Notes under the pieces: generated by a model
What the model saw: the letters and a program-made list of their open reading frames with translations, nothing else
Databases searched by the model: none
What the model was told of the DNA's origin: nothing
In this document: positions 16,298 to 25,674 of the stretch, piece after piece
Numbering within the stretch: the first letter of the stretch is position 1
Layout of the letters: each line of letters begins with the position of its first letter
Position numbers and translations under genes: made by a program
Virus record (IMG/VR): IMGVR_UViG_3300006969_000007
Strand: one strand, 5' to 3'
Origin: a virus
DNA: 36,782 nt

Positions 16298-18397
16298 TCA
16301 TAAACTTGGTTGCTGCGCCGGTTGTTGTTGGGCCATATTAAGTGCTGGATTCTGGGCAATTTGGCTGGCAGCAGCGTTTTCAACACGTTGGGCTTGCTCC
16401 ATTTTGCCTCCAGCAGTCTCTTTGGTATCCGTCCGCAGCATGTTTGCTAAAGCAATCAATTTCTCTAAATGAACGATATCAAGTTGTTCTAATTCTTTCA
16501 ATGCCCTTACTTTATCCAGCAGCCCTGCATCTTCGTCCCGCACCGCTTGTGCCCTGCGTTCAACAGCCAAAGCTTGGTTCTCTTCAACACGTGATACCCG
16601 TTCAAGACCAAGTCCTTGATCAGAAACTGCACGAGCACGAGTAAGTTCAATCTGCGCTTTCTGCATTTCAAGTTGAATGTCTTGAGCTTGTTTTTGTTCT
16701 TCTTGCTGTTGTTTTTTGGCTTGCTCAATGGATTCAATCAGCTCTTTTTTGTTTTGCATAGTCGACGCATTAAGTAGCATGTCATCAGGAACAGGGACTC
16801 CAGCTTCTCGCAAATGAAGCAGTTGTGCAAACTGCATTTGCTTTTGGGTTGCCGTATTGAGGCCTTCTTCAACCACTGCATCATATTTCCCAAACGCCTT
16901 ATTGTAAAATTGTTGAGTAGGTTCTTCTCCTTCAAGAATCTTCTTTACCTTACCCGGCGTGAAGTTAGCCTGAATAAGATTAAGCATCAATTTACCAAGC
17001 ATTTTTTGGGTATGATCAAGGTTATCAAATAAAATCTGTAAGGTGGTAAGACCCGAACCTTGCCGTAACATGGAAAGAATACCCGCTTTATCATCAGTTG
17101 CGCTACCAAGCAACTCTTCATTGACTCCCGATATCTGTGAAATCTCCTCACCAAGGATCTTCGATAGTTCAATCATCGATGGTGGAATTTGGGGAGCCAG
17201 TATCTGCTGCACATCAGTCATTTGTGCTTCATCTTTAAGCGCTAATCCGCGACCTTGTCCTGACAAGAATACATCTTTGGGATTAACGAGTGCAGATTCT
17301 TTATAAATCCATCCCGAGTTGATTTGGGACTCGAGGATATCTAATTCTATTGCCTTACGGCGATTATATAAGTATTGGCTATCACGTAATCCTCTGACAA
17401 CGCCCTGAATACGCCACGGGAAATAAGGCATTTGTGGATAGTAATAGGCAAACGTTGGTACGAATGGATATTGATCGATCCCCATTGGCTGCGGACCATC
17501 GTACATTACTTTCCCTTGTACAACGACTGCAAGTTTTACCGTAGGAACGTCAGATTCAATAACGGTAACCTGTGGATACACGCGTAAGAATTGCTTTAAA
17601 CGATCCTCATCTTGGGATCGCCATTCTTGTGTCTCACCAGTCTGCGCATCAACAAGCAATTTCTGGGGACGATAATCTCTATAATAATATTCATCGTATG
17701 TTAAAAGATTCTTCATACCGTAATTGTAGGTCTCAGGCATGAATTGGAACTTACCATCACGATTTGATAATGGTTCAAGACCAACAATCATTTCAGCAGA
17801 GTCAGGAAGCAGTGAAATACATTCACGTTTAGTAAGATATGAGCGCTTCCAGATCGCATTGCAATCAGATAAATCAGCTTTCTTAAAGAATGGATCGATC
17901 AAAAAACTATTGTATGAACAGTTATCAACCTTTATATTCCCACTCACTGGATCAGATCGATAATCCATCCATACCTGCAGTAAGTTCATCCCGGTAACGA
18001 GTGAACCCCTAAAAGAATCAGATATAGTTTCAAGAATACCTTCTTGGTTATTAATCCACATTAATACTTTGCTAAATTGATCTGCGGTTTCATCATCAGC
18101 ATTCTCGACGCCAACAACAATGGTCGACTTCCTATTGTTTCTCTGATGACCATCGATCATGTTAACGACGCGAGCGATCCGATTGAAATTAAATTGTCTC
18201 CGACGATTGGCAGGAAGATTACCATAGATATCATTCCATAATGTCTGATCACCAGCCATAAACCGTGTATCAGTATCCGCCTCTCCCCAGAAAGATTGAT
18301 TGATAGTGATAGATTCAGCATAAAATGCCTCCATTCGAGACAATATCCCTTTATCTTTTTCATCATAATATTGGGGGGCGAGCTGGGGGAAGATCAT
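16298..18397 (-). CDS. Portal protein
   Basis: 699 aa, placed after the terminase, with a coiled-coil Q/E-rich C-terminus and portal-like N-terminal motifs (FMAGDQTLW, RRQFNFNRIARVVNMIDG). Confidence 0.8.
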   Translation of the reverse strand: MIFPQLAPQYYDEKDKGILSRMEAFYAESITINQSFWGEADTDTRFMAGDQTLWNDIYGNLPANRRRQFNFNRIARVVNMIDGHQRNNRKSTIVVGVENADDETADQFSKVLMWINNQEGILETISDSFRGSLVTGMNLLQVWMDYRSDPVSGNIKVDNCSYNSFLIDPFFKKADLSDCNAIWKRSYLTKRECISLLPDSAEMIVGLEPLSNRDGKFQFMPETYNYGMKNLLTYDEYYYRDYRPQKLLVDAQTGETQEWRSQDEDRLKQFLRVYPQVTVIESDVPTVKLAVVVQGKVMYDGPQPMGIDQYPFVPTFAYYYPQMPYFPWRIQGVVRGLRDSQYLYNRRKAIELDILESQINSGWIYKESALVNPKDVFLSGQGRGLALKDEAQMTDVQQILAPQIPPSMIELSKILGEEISQISGVNEELLGSATDDKAGILSMLRQGSGLTTLQILFDNLDHTQKMLGKLMLNLIQANFTPGKVKKILEGEEPTQQFYNKAFGKYDAVVEEGLNTATQKQMQFAQLLHLREAGVPVPDDMLLNASTMQNKKELIESIEQAKKQQQEEQKQAQDIQLEMQKAQIELTRARAVSDQGLGLERVSRVEENQALAVERRAQAVRDEDAGLLDKVRALKELEQLDIVHLEKLIALANMLRTDTKETAGGKMEQAQRVENAAASQIAQNPALNMAQQQPAQQPSL

Positions 18398-18478
18398 CTA
18401 GTTCTCCTTTAATCATTTCATACTTTCAATCCTAGTCTAGAATTACTCAAATATGATATCAAGAAGAATTACAATAAA

Positions 18479-18521
18479 GGAGGCATAAGTAAAGACAACC
18501 ACAAATCCACTTATGCCCTCC
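18479..18521 (-). terminator. Rho-independent terminator between the packaging genes and the portal
   Basis: GGAGGCATAAGT/ACTTATGCCCTCC stem (one bulge), followed on the minus strand by TTTATTGTAATTCTTCTT. Confidence 0.6.
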
Positions 18522-18536
18522 TATGAATAAAACGCC

Positions 18537-18806
18537 TCAGTTAGAGCTCTTATTAGAATAGCTACTTCTGTTGTGTTCTTCGAGGAAGTTAAAGCCCCAT
18601 TCCATAAGGCAATCAGCATCATGACGGAGAGGATTTAATAAAGACAGTAAATCATCAACTGATTTAGCCAGATCAACATAGATAGAGAATCTTTTATCGT
18701 AAGAAATAGTTACATCGTCTTCAATTTCGTATACACATTCTCTTAATGAATCCAGTTGATCCACACCCCAATTAATGACATGTCGCTCAAGATCCTCAAA
18801 AGACAT
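18537..18806 (-). CDS. Acidic hypothetical protein, 89 aa
   Basis: Internal ATG of the 126-aa track ORF. I chose it because the 5' part of that ORF overlaps the tightly coupled 78-aa ORF. Confidence 0.4.
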   Translation of the reverse strand: MSFEDLERHVINWGVDQLDSLRECVYEIEDDVTISYDKRFSIYVDLAKSVDDLLSLLNPLRHDADCLMEWGFNFLEEHNRSSYSNKSSN

Positions 18807-19032
18807 CTTCTTCTTTTCTCTCTTCTTTGCTACCATAACTGCCCCTACATATCGTTTGTCTACAATCTGCACAAATTGATTCAATTTCACGATAAACCAA
18901 CGTTGTAACAAACTCATCGGTTGTGTTAACTGATTTTAGATTATCAGTTTTATCGGCTAAATAAAATTGATTATTTTCGGTGTGCTTTTGAGTACGATAA
19001 TGAGGAATAATGAAACCACGGCAGTCACGCAT
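18796..19032 (-). CDS. Small Cys-containing hypothetical protein, 78 aa
   Basis: ATG lies 2 nt after the terminase stop (TAATAATG), with GAAGG 9 nt upstream. Confidence 0.4.
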   Translation of the reverse strand: MRDCRGFIIPHYRTQKHTENNQFYLADKTDNLKSVNTTDEFVTTLVYREIESICADCRQTICRGSYGSKEERKEEDVF

Positions 19033-19034
19033 TA

Positions 19035-20444
19035 TTAATAACCTTCATTATTAAACATCCTTGGCAAATTGCTCTCGCTACCATATAATGCTTCACGGTA
19101 TCGTCGATCAAGTTCATCAGGAGAGGTACCATCTTTTGTTTTTGGTAGTGATATACAGAGATAGCGCATCGAATCCGCAAAATGGGAGGACCAATCGTGC
19201 AGTGGGCAGCTTTTATATACCTTGCGTTTCACATCATACTCTTGGCGGTAATTCTCAAGAGCCTTTAATAATGGCTCGCATGCTTTTACATCAATCCATA
19301 TTTTCCCTAAAGAGGATCGAACCGATTCAATCCCATCTTCGATAGAAACATCTGGTGCTATCGTAAAGCTAATTCCTAACTGTTTTGCTTTCTCGATCCG
19401 TGTCATACCAGAACCAAACTCACGAACGCGTATATCATGGGGCGCAATATGTTTTCCGTAGGTGTACGGCTTCTGCTGTAAGATCTTTGCATAATGCTCA
19501 AGACCTTCTTTATTCTTTTCATACACATCGATTAATCGTATCGCCTGACCAATCACCTGAAAGAAGATAATACAGGTATTATCGCGTACTCCCAAGTCCC
19601 ATGCAGTATGTACTTTGAACCCAGGCTCCCAAGGAACCATGCCAATTTGATTGTTTACCCGCATCCTATCAAGATATTTTGCGTAGTAAGAACCCTCGAC
19701 ACCCATGGTAAAACTGGTATAATACTCTTGTTGAATTAAATCTTCGCTCATTACTCCTTCTCTGCGTTCTTTTTCTATTTCAGAAAGTGGTATGTGATTA
19801 GTGTCTTCAATGGTGAGTTTATACACAAACCATTCAGGAGAATGAAGGGCTATCTGATACAGCTGCCACATATGATTTTTACCCCGAGGAGTAGAGATAA
19901 AAAGTGCCCAGCCTTGGTTCGCCGTCAGAATCGGTCGAATGTATTGATATGCCCTCTCATCCTGCAGTGCATACTCTGAGAATACTACTCCTTGTGGATT
20001 AGTACCCATCAGAGAATCATAGTTATCTGAACCAACTATTTGGAAGAGAGACCCGTTTTTAAAGCGGATCTTCATCTCCTGTCCATTCTTGGAATCTATT
20101 AATTCCTCAGGAATGTAATCTAAAATCCGTTCACCCGTGCTTGTTATTGAATCCCAAAGGATTTTCTTACCCGATGCGTAGGTAGGAAATATGTAAAATA
20201 TTACACACACTTTTCTTAAACAAGCACGAATGCACAGTTGAAAGGCAGTCATGTCCTTACCAGCTCGCCGAGGCAAGATAGCAAGAACCTTTTTGTAACC
20301 CTTATTCTCTATCGCATCAAGAATAGGAAGTTGATAGTCTCGTGGAACAAATTTATTCAATCGTATCTTCGTTTCTACGTTCAGGACAGTTTGCGTACCC
20401 GCAGCTGCAGTGTTCATATTTGCATTTAGCTTCATTGCATGCAT
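19035..20444 (-). CDS. terL: Terminase large subunit
   Basis: Walker A-like LPRRAGKD, an ATPase domain followed by an RNaseH-like nuclease domain (HTAWDLG, HDWSSHFADSMRY). AAGGAA lies 6 nt before the ATG. Confidence 0.9.
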   Translation of the reverse strand: MHAMKLNANMNTAAAGTQTVLNVETKIRLNKFVPRDYQLPILDAIENKGYKKVLAILPRRAGKDMTAFQLCIRACLRKVCVIFYIFPTYASGKKILWDSITSTGERILDYIPEELIDSKNGQEMKIRFKNGSLFQIVGSDNYDSLMGTNPQGVVFSEYALQDERAYQYIRPILTANQGWALFISTPRGKNHMWQLYQIALHSPEWFVYKLTIEDTNHIPLSEIEKERREGVMSEDLIQQEYYTSFTMGVEGSYYAKYLDRMRVNNQIGMVPWEPGFKVHTAWDLGVRDNTCIIFFQVIGQAIRLIDVYEKNKEGLEHYAKILQQKPYTYGKHIAPHDIRVREFGSGMTRIEKAKQLGISFTIAPDVSIEDGIESVRSSLGKIWIDVKACEPLLKALENYRQEYDVKRKVYKSCPLHDWSSHFADSMRYLCISLPKTKDGTSPDELDRRYREALYGSESNLPRMFNNEGY

Positions 20445-20928
20445 AGTGTTTCCTTAACCAGTATTTCAATATATAGTTAATAACCAAAAATATCAGACAA
20501 TGGAGAATGAAATTAAAAACCAAACACATACACCACATTATTCCCGATACTGTTACTGGTATTCTCCCTACAAATGAACACATCCAGTATATCCATCCGA
20601 CGTACGAAAATTGCAGCACTCCATGCCGTTTACGATAACACCACGAGGATGCTTCTGTACGGTTACAGGTAGTTTTATCACACTCATAGTGCTCTCTTAA
20701 CCAGTATTTCAATATAAAGTTAACAACCAAAAAAGTAGCAACGTGGAAAATGAACGACATCATTTGTGAGCCAAATGCCATTGTATATGAATAATGCCTC
20801 TCCAATCTATAGCACATTATTGTTGCTGGTACTAACACTAAAAATGAATACAACCAATACATCCATCCAACAAAGGTAAACTGATCTATACAATGCCGTT
20901 TACGATAACACCATCTATTATTGTTCAT
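20353..20928 (-). CDS. Polytopic membrane protein built from two tandem ~81-aa repeats with a Cys-rich tail
   Basis: WCYRKRH..QF..VGW.YW ... NFILKYWLR.HY.C occurs twice. Hydrophobic helices are present. The 3' end overlaps terL by 92 nt. Confidence 0.65.
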   Translation of the reverse strand: MNNNRWCYRKRHCIDQFTFVGWMYWLYSFLVLVPATIMCYRLERHYSYTMAFGSQMMSFIFHVATFLVVNFILKYWLREHYECDKTTCNRTEASSWCYRKRHGVLQFSYVGWIYWMCSFVGRIPVTVSGIMWCMCLVFNFILHCLIFLVINYILKYWLRKHYACNEAKCKYEHCSCGYANCPERRNEDTIE

Positions 20929-20938
20929 CGAGACTATC
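20453..20938. repeat. Tandem 243-bp in-frame duplication inside the membrane-protein gene
   Basis: CTTAACCAGTATTTCAATATA occurs at 20453 and 20696. ATGCCGTTTACGATAACACCA occurs in both copies. Confidence 0.8.
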
Positions 20939-20950
20939 TCCTTTTATGAG

Positions 20951-21988
20951 TTATTCTTTTTGTTCGTCAAGACCTTGTATTGCCCTAATTGATCTCTTCA
21001 ATTCATTATCACCAGATCGTCTATAATTAATACTTTTGTCACCAAAACGAGCAAGTGTTTTTGCATGTTTTTCACTCTGCGAAGCCATTTCTTTTTTTAT
21101 AAGAGCAAGTTCTTTCTGTTTTTGATTAAGCTTTTGATTTTGTTCACTTTTTAATATTTCTTCATGGAGTTTTGAAGCATTTTCTTGTATTTCTAAGTTA
21201 GCAGCATTGACCTTTAAATTCTGTTCAGCATACTCTAGGGCTTTTTGTCGATCTTCAGTGAGTTGACGCTGTTCTTCTTCTCGTGCCGCTGGCCCTCCTT
21301 TTAAAACATCAACAACTTTCTGAAAACCAATAGCAGCACCACCGCTACTTGCAGTGAAAACAACTCCATTCACCGCAATATTAGCAAGCTCTTTTGCTCT
21401 ATCCGAATTACTCATTTCTGCATCATTCATAACGTGCGCAACGCTCTTTGATGAACCAATAGTATTTGCCGCGCCGGATATTGCTATCTTGCCTAATCGT
21501 TTCGCGTGGTCAATCGTAGCATTTAATGCACTGTACGTCTCCTGATGAGGATTTGCGACCTCCGCAGAAACAATCGGTTCTACAGCTGGCGCATTAAAAC
21601 CTCTGGTTGTTTTATCATCAGTACCTTCATTTGATGAACCAATAGAAGCTGCCGCTCCTGACAGTACTACTTTAGTTGCAGTTGGCGTTGAAGAAACAGC
21701 GGCATTTAATGCATTGTACGCTTTCGTAGCTGCAGCAGAAGGATTTGCAGCTATTGCAGCAACAATCGGTGCAGCATATGGTGCCACAAGTACGGTAGCA
21801 GATCCAGCTACAGCTCCAATCGCAAAACTAGTAGCATCCTTTTTAAACTTCTGTGGTGTTCCGCTTACTCTACACATGCTTCTCATAATACCCCATCCAC
21901 CACTATATTTAGAATCGCATGTTTCCTCATTAGCAGAGAAGATCAATGATGATACGCAGAGTAATGACAAAGATAATAATTTATTCAC
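20951..21988 (-). CDS. Secreted protein with a signal peptide, an Ala/Ser/Gly-rich core and a C-terminal coiled coil
   Basis: N-terminus is MNKLLSLSLLCVSSLIFSANEE. The C-terminal third is E/Q/K heptads. Confidence 0.65.
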   Translation of the reverse strand: MNKLLSLSLLCVSSLIFSANEETCDSKYSGGWGIMRSMCRVSGTPQKFKKDATSFAIGAVAGSATVLVAPYAAPIVAAIAANPSAAATKAYNALNAAVSSTPTATKVVLSGAAASIGSSNEGTDDKTTRGFNAPAVEPIVSAEVANPHQETYSALNATIDHAKRLGKIAISGAANTIGSSKSVAHVMNDAEMSNSDRAKELANIAVNGVVFTASSGGAAIGFQKVVDVLKGGPAAREEEQRQLTEDRQKALEYAEQNLKVNAANLEIQENASKLHEEILKSEQNQKLNQKQKELALIKKEMASQSEKHAKTLARFGDKSINYRRSGDNELKRSIRAIQGLDEQKE

Positions 21989-22043
21989 AGTTAATCCTAA
22001 TTTACTTTAATACTATTGTGATTGTTCAGAATAAGATTCATCT

Positions 22044-23294
22044 TTAAAAGAGATTTCTTCGTTTCGCTGCTTTCGGCGCTTCCTGTGGAGCTACTTGAGG
22101 AGCTGCTGCTTGAGAAGCTAATTTCTTTTGTTGAGATAATTCAAATATCTGACGCAGTGATGGCGCTGCGACTGGAGCAGATTGCTGAACCACGGGCGCT
22201 GCTGCCTTTGGAGCCGCTTGAACAGCTTTAGGAGCAGGAGCCGGGGCTTGTTTTACGGGCGCTGCTTTTTGAGCCGCTGGCGCCGCTGCTGGTTTTTTAG
22301 TTACCGGTGCTGGTGCCGCTTTTGCTGCTGCCTTTGGCGCTGCAGCAGGTGCTGATTCTCGTTTTACAGGCGTTGCTCCCTTATAAGCACCGGATTGAAC
22401 TGGCGCTATATCATCATATACAGCGCTATAAATTTTACAGCTATCATTCCCACCTGTGCGCTCAAAACGAGCCGGTTGTGGTGGTGTATAATTACTATCC
22501 ATATTCACTTTATATGCTCCATCTGCACCAATTGAAAGTCTAGGATCAAGAATACTGGATTCCCCCCAACCCAAAGGATGCCTTGATAGTGCTGTGCCCC
22601 CCAAAGCACATTCCGCCTTAGAAGTCGGTGCCGGATCACTACCAGTATATAAATCACGAACCATTTGATCATTTATCTCTTGCTCTCTTCTATACTGAGC
22701 GCCTCTACAATCTCTACAAGGTTCACGAGTAGCGCCTATTGAATCCGCAGTGGCATTAATAGCCGCTTTCGTAACCTGTCCACCAACTTCTCCAAGAGCT
22801 CCGGCAACAATTGCTTCTAACGCCCACATCATATTATGAGTCAAAACACCATCAACGAATAACTGATGAACCGATGCAATGTTCACCATACGTGTTTTCA
22901 TTGCCAAGCCACTCTTTCTTTTCACATCAAGGATAGTAATTGGCAATAGATCACCGCCAAATAATGCATTCTGGGCAGTAAGATCTTCTGCCTTTATCCA
23001 TTCTTCTTTTAATGGATCAAAAAACAATTGATCTGGTGCTGCTTTGATTCTTCGTTTTCCCAAATTGATTTGTATTGTTGAGTTTCTCCTGCCACCACAC
23101 TGGTTCATCAGGACTCGCTCGTGTGCAAGACCGTTCATCTCTCTGTTCGCAGAAAGAACGCGCTCACCTACCATAACTTCGTGTAACATTTTTACGCCAG
23201 AACCGGATTGTACTAATGCATCGCCTGGTATAACCGCAGCGATAGGATTGGAAAGTGCGACAAGAATCGTCGACATCTTTAAATGATATTTCAT
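22044..23294 (-). CDS. Hint (Hedgehog/intein-like) domain protein with a Pro/Ala/Lys-rich C-terminal region
   Basis: ATG at 23294 lies 4 nt after GGAGC. It has a hydrophobic leader. The Hint-like blocks are GDALVQSGSGVKMLHEVMVGERVLS ... VNIASVHQLFVDGVLTHN, ending in the intein-type HN. The low-complexity segment reads APAAAPKAAAKAAPAPV... Confidence 0.65.
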   Translation of the reverse strand: MKYHLKMSTILVALSNPIAAVIPGDALVQSGSGVKMLHEVMVGERVLSANREMNGLAHERVLMNQCGGRRNSTIQINLGKRRIKAAPDQLFFDPLKEEWIKAEDLTAQNALFGGDLLPITILDVKRKSGLAMKTRMVNIASVHQLFVDGVLTHNMMWALEAIVAGALGEVGGQVTKAAINATADSIGATREPCRDCRGAQYRREQEINDQMVRDLYTGSDPAPTSKAECALGGTALSRHPLGWGESSILDPRLSIGADGAYKVNMDSNYTPPQPARFERTGGNDSCKIYSAVYDDIAPVQSGAYKGATPVKRESAPAAAPKAAAKAAPAPVTKKPAAAPAAQKAAPVKQAPAPAPKAVQAAPKAAAPVVQQSAPVAAPSLRQIFELSQQKKLASQAAAPQVAPQEAPKAAKRRNLF

Positions 23295-23348
23295 GTTGCT
23301 CCCTGAAATATACTCGTATATGATTTTAAACACTGCTCTGCTTTACTA

Positions 23349-23588
23349 CTACCGCAAAAATTTAGTCTGTATTTCCTCCATTTCTTGCACGTAATTGTTG
23401 TAAATTTCTTGGCACATAATCTCTTCTTCACCTATAAGCACGGTTGCCCAAAGGCTTATCGACCAACTCATGATATCCCGTATACCCCACGAAGATGAAG
23501 ATCGACAAACGAAAGAATGAGTATCAGTTGCTGAAAGAGATCCAGCAAGTAACATAATTATCGAACATCGTATCATCATACGTTTCAT
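23349..23588 (-). CDS. Small secreted/membrane-anchored protein
   Basis: ATG at 23588 lies after AGGAC. The signal-like leader is MKRMMIRCSIIMLLAGSLSA. Confidence 0.5.
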   Translation of the reverse strand: MKRMMIRCSIIMLLAGSLSATDTHSFVCRSSSSWGIRDIMSWSISLWATVLIGEEEIMCQEIYNNYVQEMEEIQTKFLR

Positions 23589-23748
23589 GTACGTCCTAAA
23601 ATGTAATGAGTTATCGCACATCACTGTAGCGGTAATTTTTAAAAAATAAAGAGCGTTTTTGCCAAAAAAATGATTTTAGGAACAAAATAAAAAAAACTGC
23701 ATTCAGCGTGTAACGTGAAGGGAAAAAACATTCCTAAAAGTTGCGTGA

Positions 23749-24351
23749 TTATTCTTCAGTTTTTTTAGGAGGCACTAATGGTGAGTTGGGATAGTTTTCC
23801 AATATTACTTGTATCGGTTGTGTTTGATGTGCATCATTTTTTGCTGCAAGGGAAGAACGCCATTCCTCTGTCTCTTTCCATTCCTTGCTGTACACGCATT
23901 GGATCTTCATAACCATAGCACTGTTGTATTTGTTCAGGAGCCCACCCTTTTCTCTGCGCATCGCAATAATTTCACGGACAAACGATTGAGCACTTTTCAA
24001 TTTCGAAGATCGATTTACCCAATCTTCCCATGTTGTTTGTGGTATACCTTTTTGCATACGATATTCATTCATAAACAGAATGTCATCATTATTGTATGTC
24101 ATATTCACCCACTCAATAGCACACTTGGTTAAATACTCTGGTGAAATTGGTGTCGTTACAAAAGTGAACATATCCTCATAACATTCTTGATCATACGTTT
24201 TTAAAGGCGGTTTTAAAGCGACTAAAACCCGTTTTTTTGCCTGTTTGTGTACTTGCTTTATAGTATTAGGTATTTTCTTGTCCATTGTGGCAGTTCCTGT
24301 TCGGCGTTTTTCTTTTGCCATTTTTTTCTGTAATGTGCTCATTCGTTCCAT
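23749..24351 (-). CDS. Terminase small subunit-like DNA-binding protein
   Basis: ATG at 24351 lies after AAAGGAAC. MNEYRMQKGIPQTTWEDWVNRSSKLKSAQSFVREIIAMRREKGGLLNKYNSAMVMKIQCVYSKEWKE matches the HTH plus oligomerisation pattern of TerS families, as I recall it. Confidence 0.5.
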   Translation of the reverse strand: MERMSTLQKKMAKEKRRTGTATMDKKIPNTIKQVHKQAKKRVLVALKPPLKTYDQECYEDMFTFVTTPISPEYLTKCAIEWVNMTYNNDDILFMNEYRMQKGIPQTTWEDWVNRSSKLKSAQSFVREIIAMRREKGGLLNKYNSAMVMKIQCVYSKEWKETEEWRSSLAAKNDAHQTQPIQVILENYPNSPLVPPKKTEE

Positions 24352-24415
24352 GATGTTCCTTTCTGATGTTAGGATATCAGTGTGTGATGAAACGTCACGA
24401 ACTCGTGAGGATCTG

Positions 24416-25375
24416 TCACGGGTTGGTCGCCGCCACAATATCTCTTATCTGCTGTTGCTCCACCGGAGTGCAATGGGATAATAGGCCATCAGCGAAGATC
24501 GCCAAGAAGGGATTAGGACTCTTCTTGAGTTGTAACTGCATCTTCAATGCCTTTTCAAAATGACTCTCTGATTCACGTTTCTCTTCTGGTTTATATAGTG
24601 CATAAGGTCCATCTTTTGGTCTCACGTATGTATGAGCCTTTCCCGTTTCAGTAGTTTTTTTATTCTTAAATCCTGCAGACTGCGTCATACCAAATGGTTG
24701 CTCGTCAGCAAGTGGCGTTGCCTTTGCAGCTTCTTGCCTGAAAATCCCCATAAAGTATGCAGGTTGATTGCAGATTGCAGTTCCTTCTTTTAATTTCTTA
24801 CGAAATTGGATGAGCGATTTCTCGTAAACCCACCCCGGGTAGCTTCGCACCTCGATGAGTTGCTCCGCAGTCAGTTGCTCCATGATAATTTTATCCCTCG
24901 AAAAGGTCTTAGCAATTAAATTATCTACCTTTTCTTTTAATAGGTACCGATTTTCCTTTTTAGGTCTAGACAACAACAAAAAAAAGAGGGAGAGGTCTAC
25001 TATCTGTCTAACCAATGAGGATAATTCTCTTCTTTTTTTATAGTAAAACTGATGCATCCTGAATACGAGTGTTTTACGATACCCACGATACTCAGTCTGT
25101 ATGATATTGAGTTCCTTAAGACGATTGATTGCTGCTTGAACCGTAGAGCGAGCGCAGTTAGCCATTTTTGCGAGCAAAGACAAAGAAGGGAAAACACCAG
25201 CGTGTTTAACCACAAGCTGCATGACACAATCAAACACTCTAATGTGTGATTTGGTAAGATTATCTTGAAGAAACTCACGGAAATATTTTGTTTGATTTTT
25301 TTTTAGTTGACAATCGAATAAATTGCCATTATTATTGCTATACGAATTGATTGAAATAACAAAATGATTAGACAT
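24416..25375 (-). CDS. Winged-HTH replication-initiator-like protein
   Basis: 319 aa. The wHTH segment reads FPSLSLLAKMANCARSTVQAAINRLKELNIIQ. The C-terminal ICNQPAYFMGIF is Rep-like. Repeats lie upstream. Confidence 0.5.
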   Translation of the reverse strand: MSNHFVISINSYSNNNGNLFDCQLKKNQTKYFREFLQDNLTKSHIRVFDCVMQLVVKHAGVFPSLSLLAKMANCARSTVQAAINRLKELNIIQTEYRGYRKTLVFRMHQFYYKKRRELSSLVRQIVDLSLFFLLLSRPKKENRYLLKEKVDNLIAKTFSRDKIIMEQLTAEQLIEVRSYPGWVYEKSLIQFRKKLKEGTAICNQPAYFMGIFRQEAAKATPLADEQPFGMTQSAGFKNKKTTETGKAHTYVRPKDGPYALYKPEEKRESESHFEKALKMQLQLKKSPNPFLAIFADGLLSHCTPVEQQQIRDIVAATNP

Positions 25376-25550
25376 TAGGACTCCTCCTTTGGATTCCGTA
25401 TCTCCTTTTTGATCTCCTATTGGTGATTGTATGGGTGATGAGACACTTCATTGTTACGAATTGATATTGATTAGGTTTAGGATGGCTTTTCATTTTTTTG
25501 TTTTTTATGTGTTTAAAACGTCGGTCGGGAAACTTAAGTAGTAAACACGT

Positions 25551-25578
25551 TGATTGATTTTGATTGTGATCGTGATTG
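25551..25578. repeat. Four tandem TGAT(T/C)G hexamers (iteron/operator candidate)
   Basis: TGATTG ATTT TGATTG TGATCG TGATTG read directly from the sequence. Confidence 0.5.
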
Positions 25579-25603
25579 TTGTTAATTCAAATATCGCTAT
25601 ATG

Positions 25604-25674
25604 TTTGTTGAGAATAAGTTTTAGATCCAAAACGTTTCTAAAACGGACTGATTCTTTACCTTGTTCTCAACAAA
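25604..25674. repeat. Nested inverted repeats
   Basis: The outer 11-bp arms are TTTGTTGAGAA (25604-25614) and TTCTCAACAAA (25664-25674). The inner 8-bp arms are GTTTTAGA (25618-25625) and TCTAAAAC (25637-25644). Confidence 0.7.

Noticed and set aside
18537-18917. 126-aa version of the ORF after terL
   Set aside because: Its first 37 codons overlap the 78-aa ORF, which is tightly coupled to the terL stop. I preferred the internal start at 18806, but the choice between the models is uncertain.
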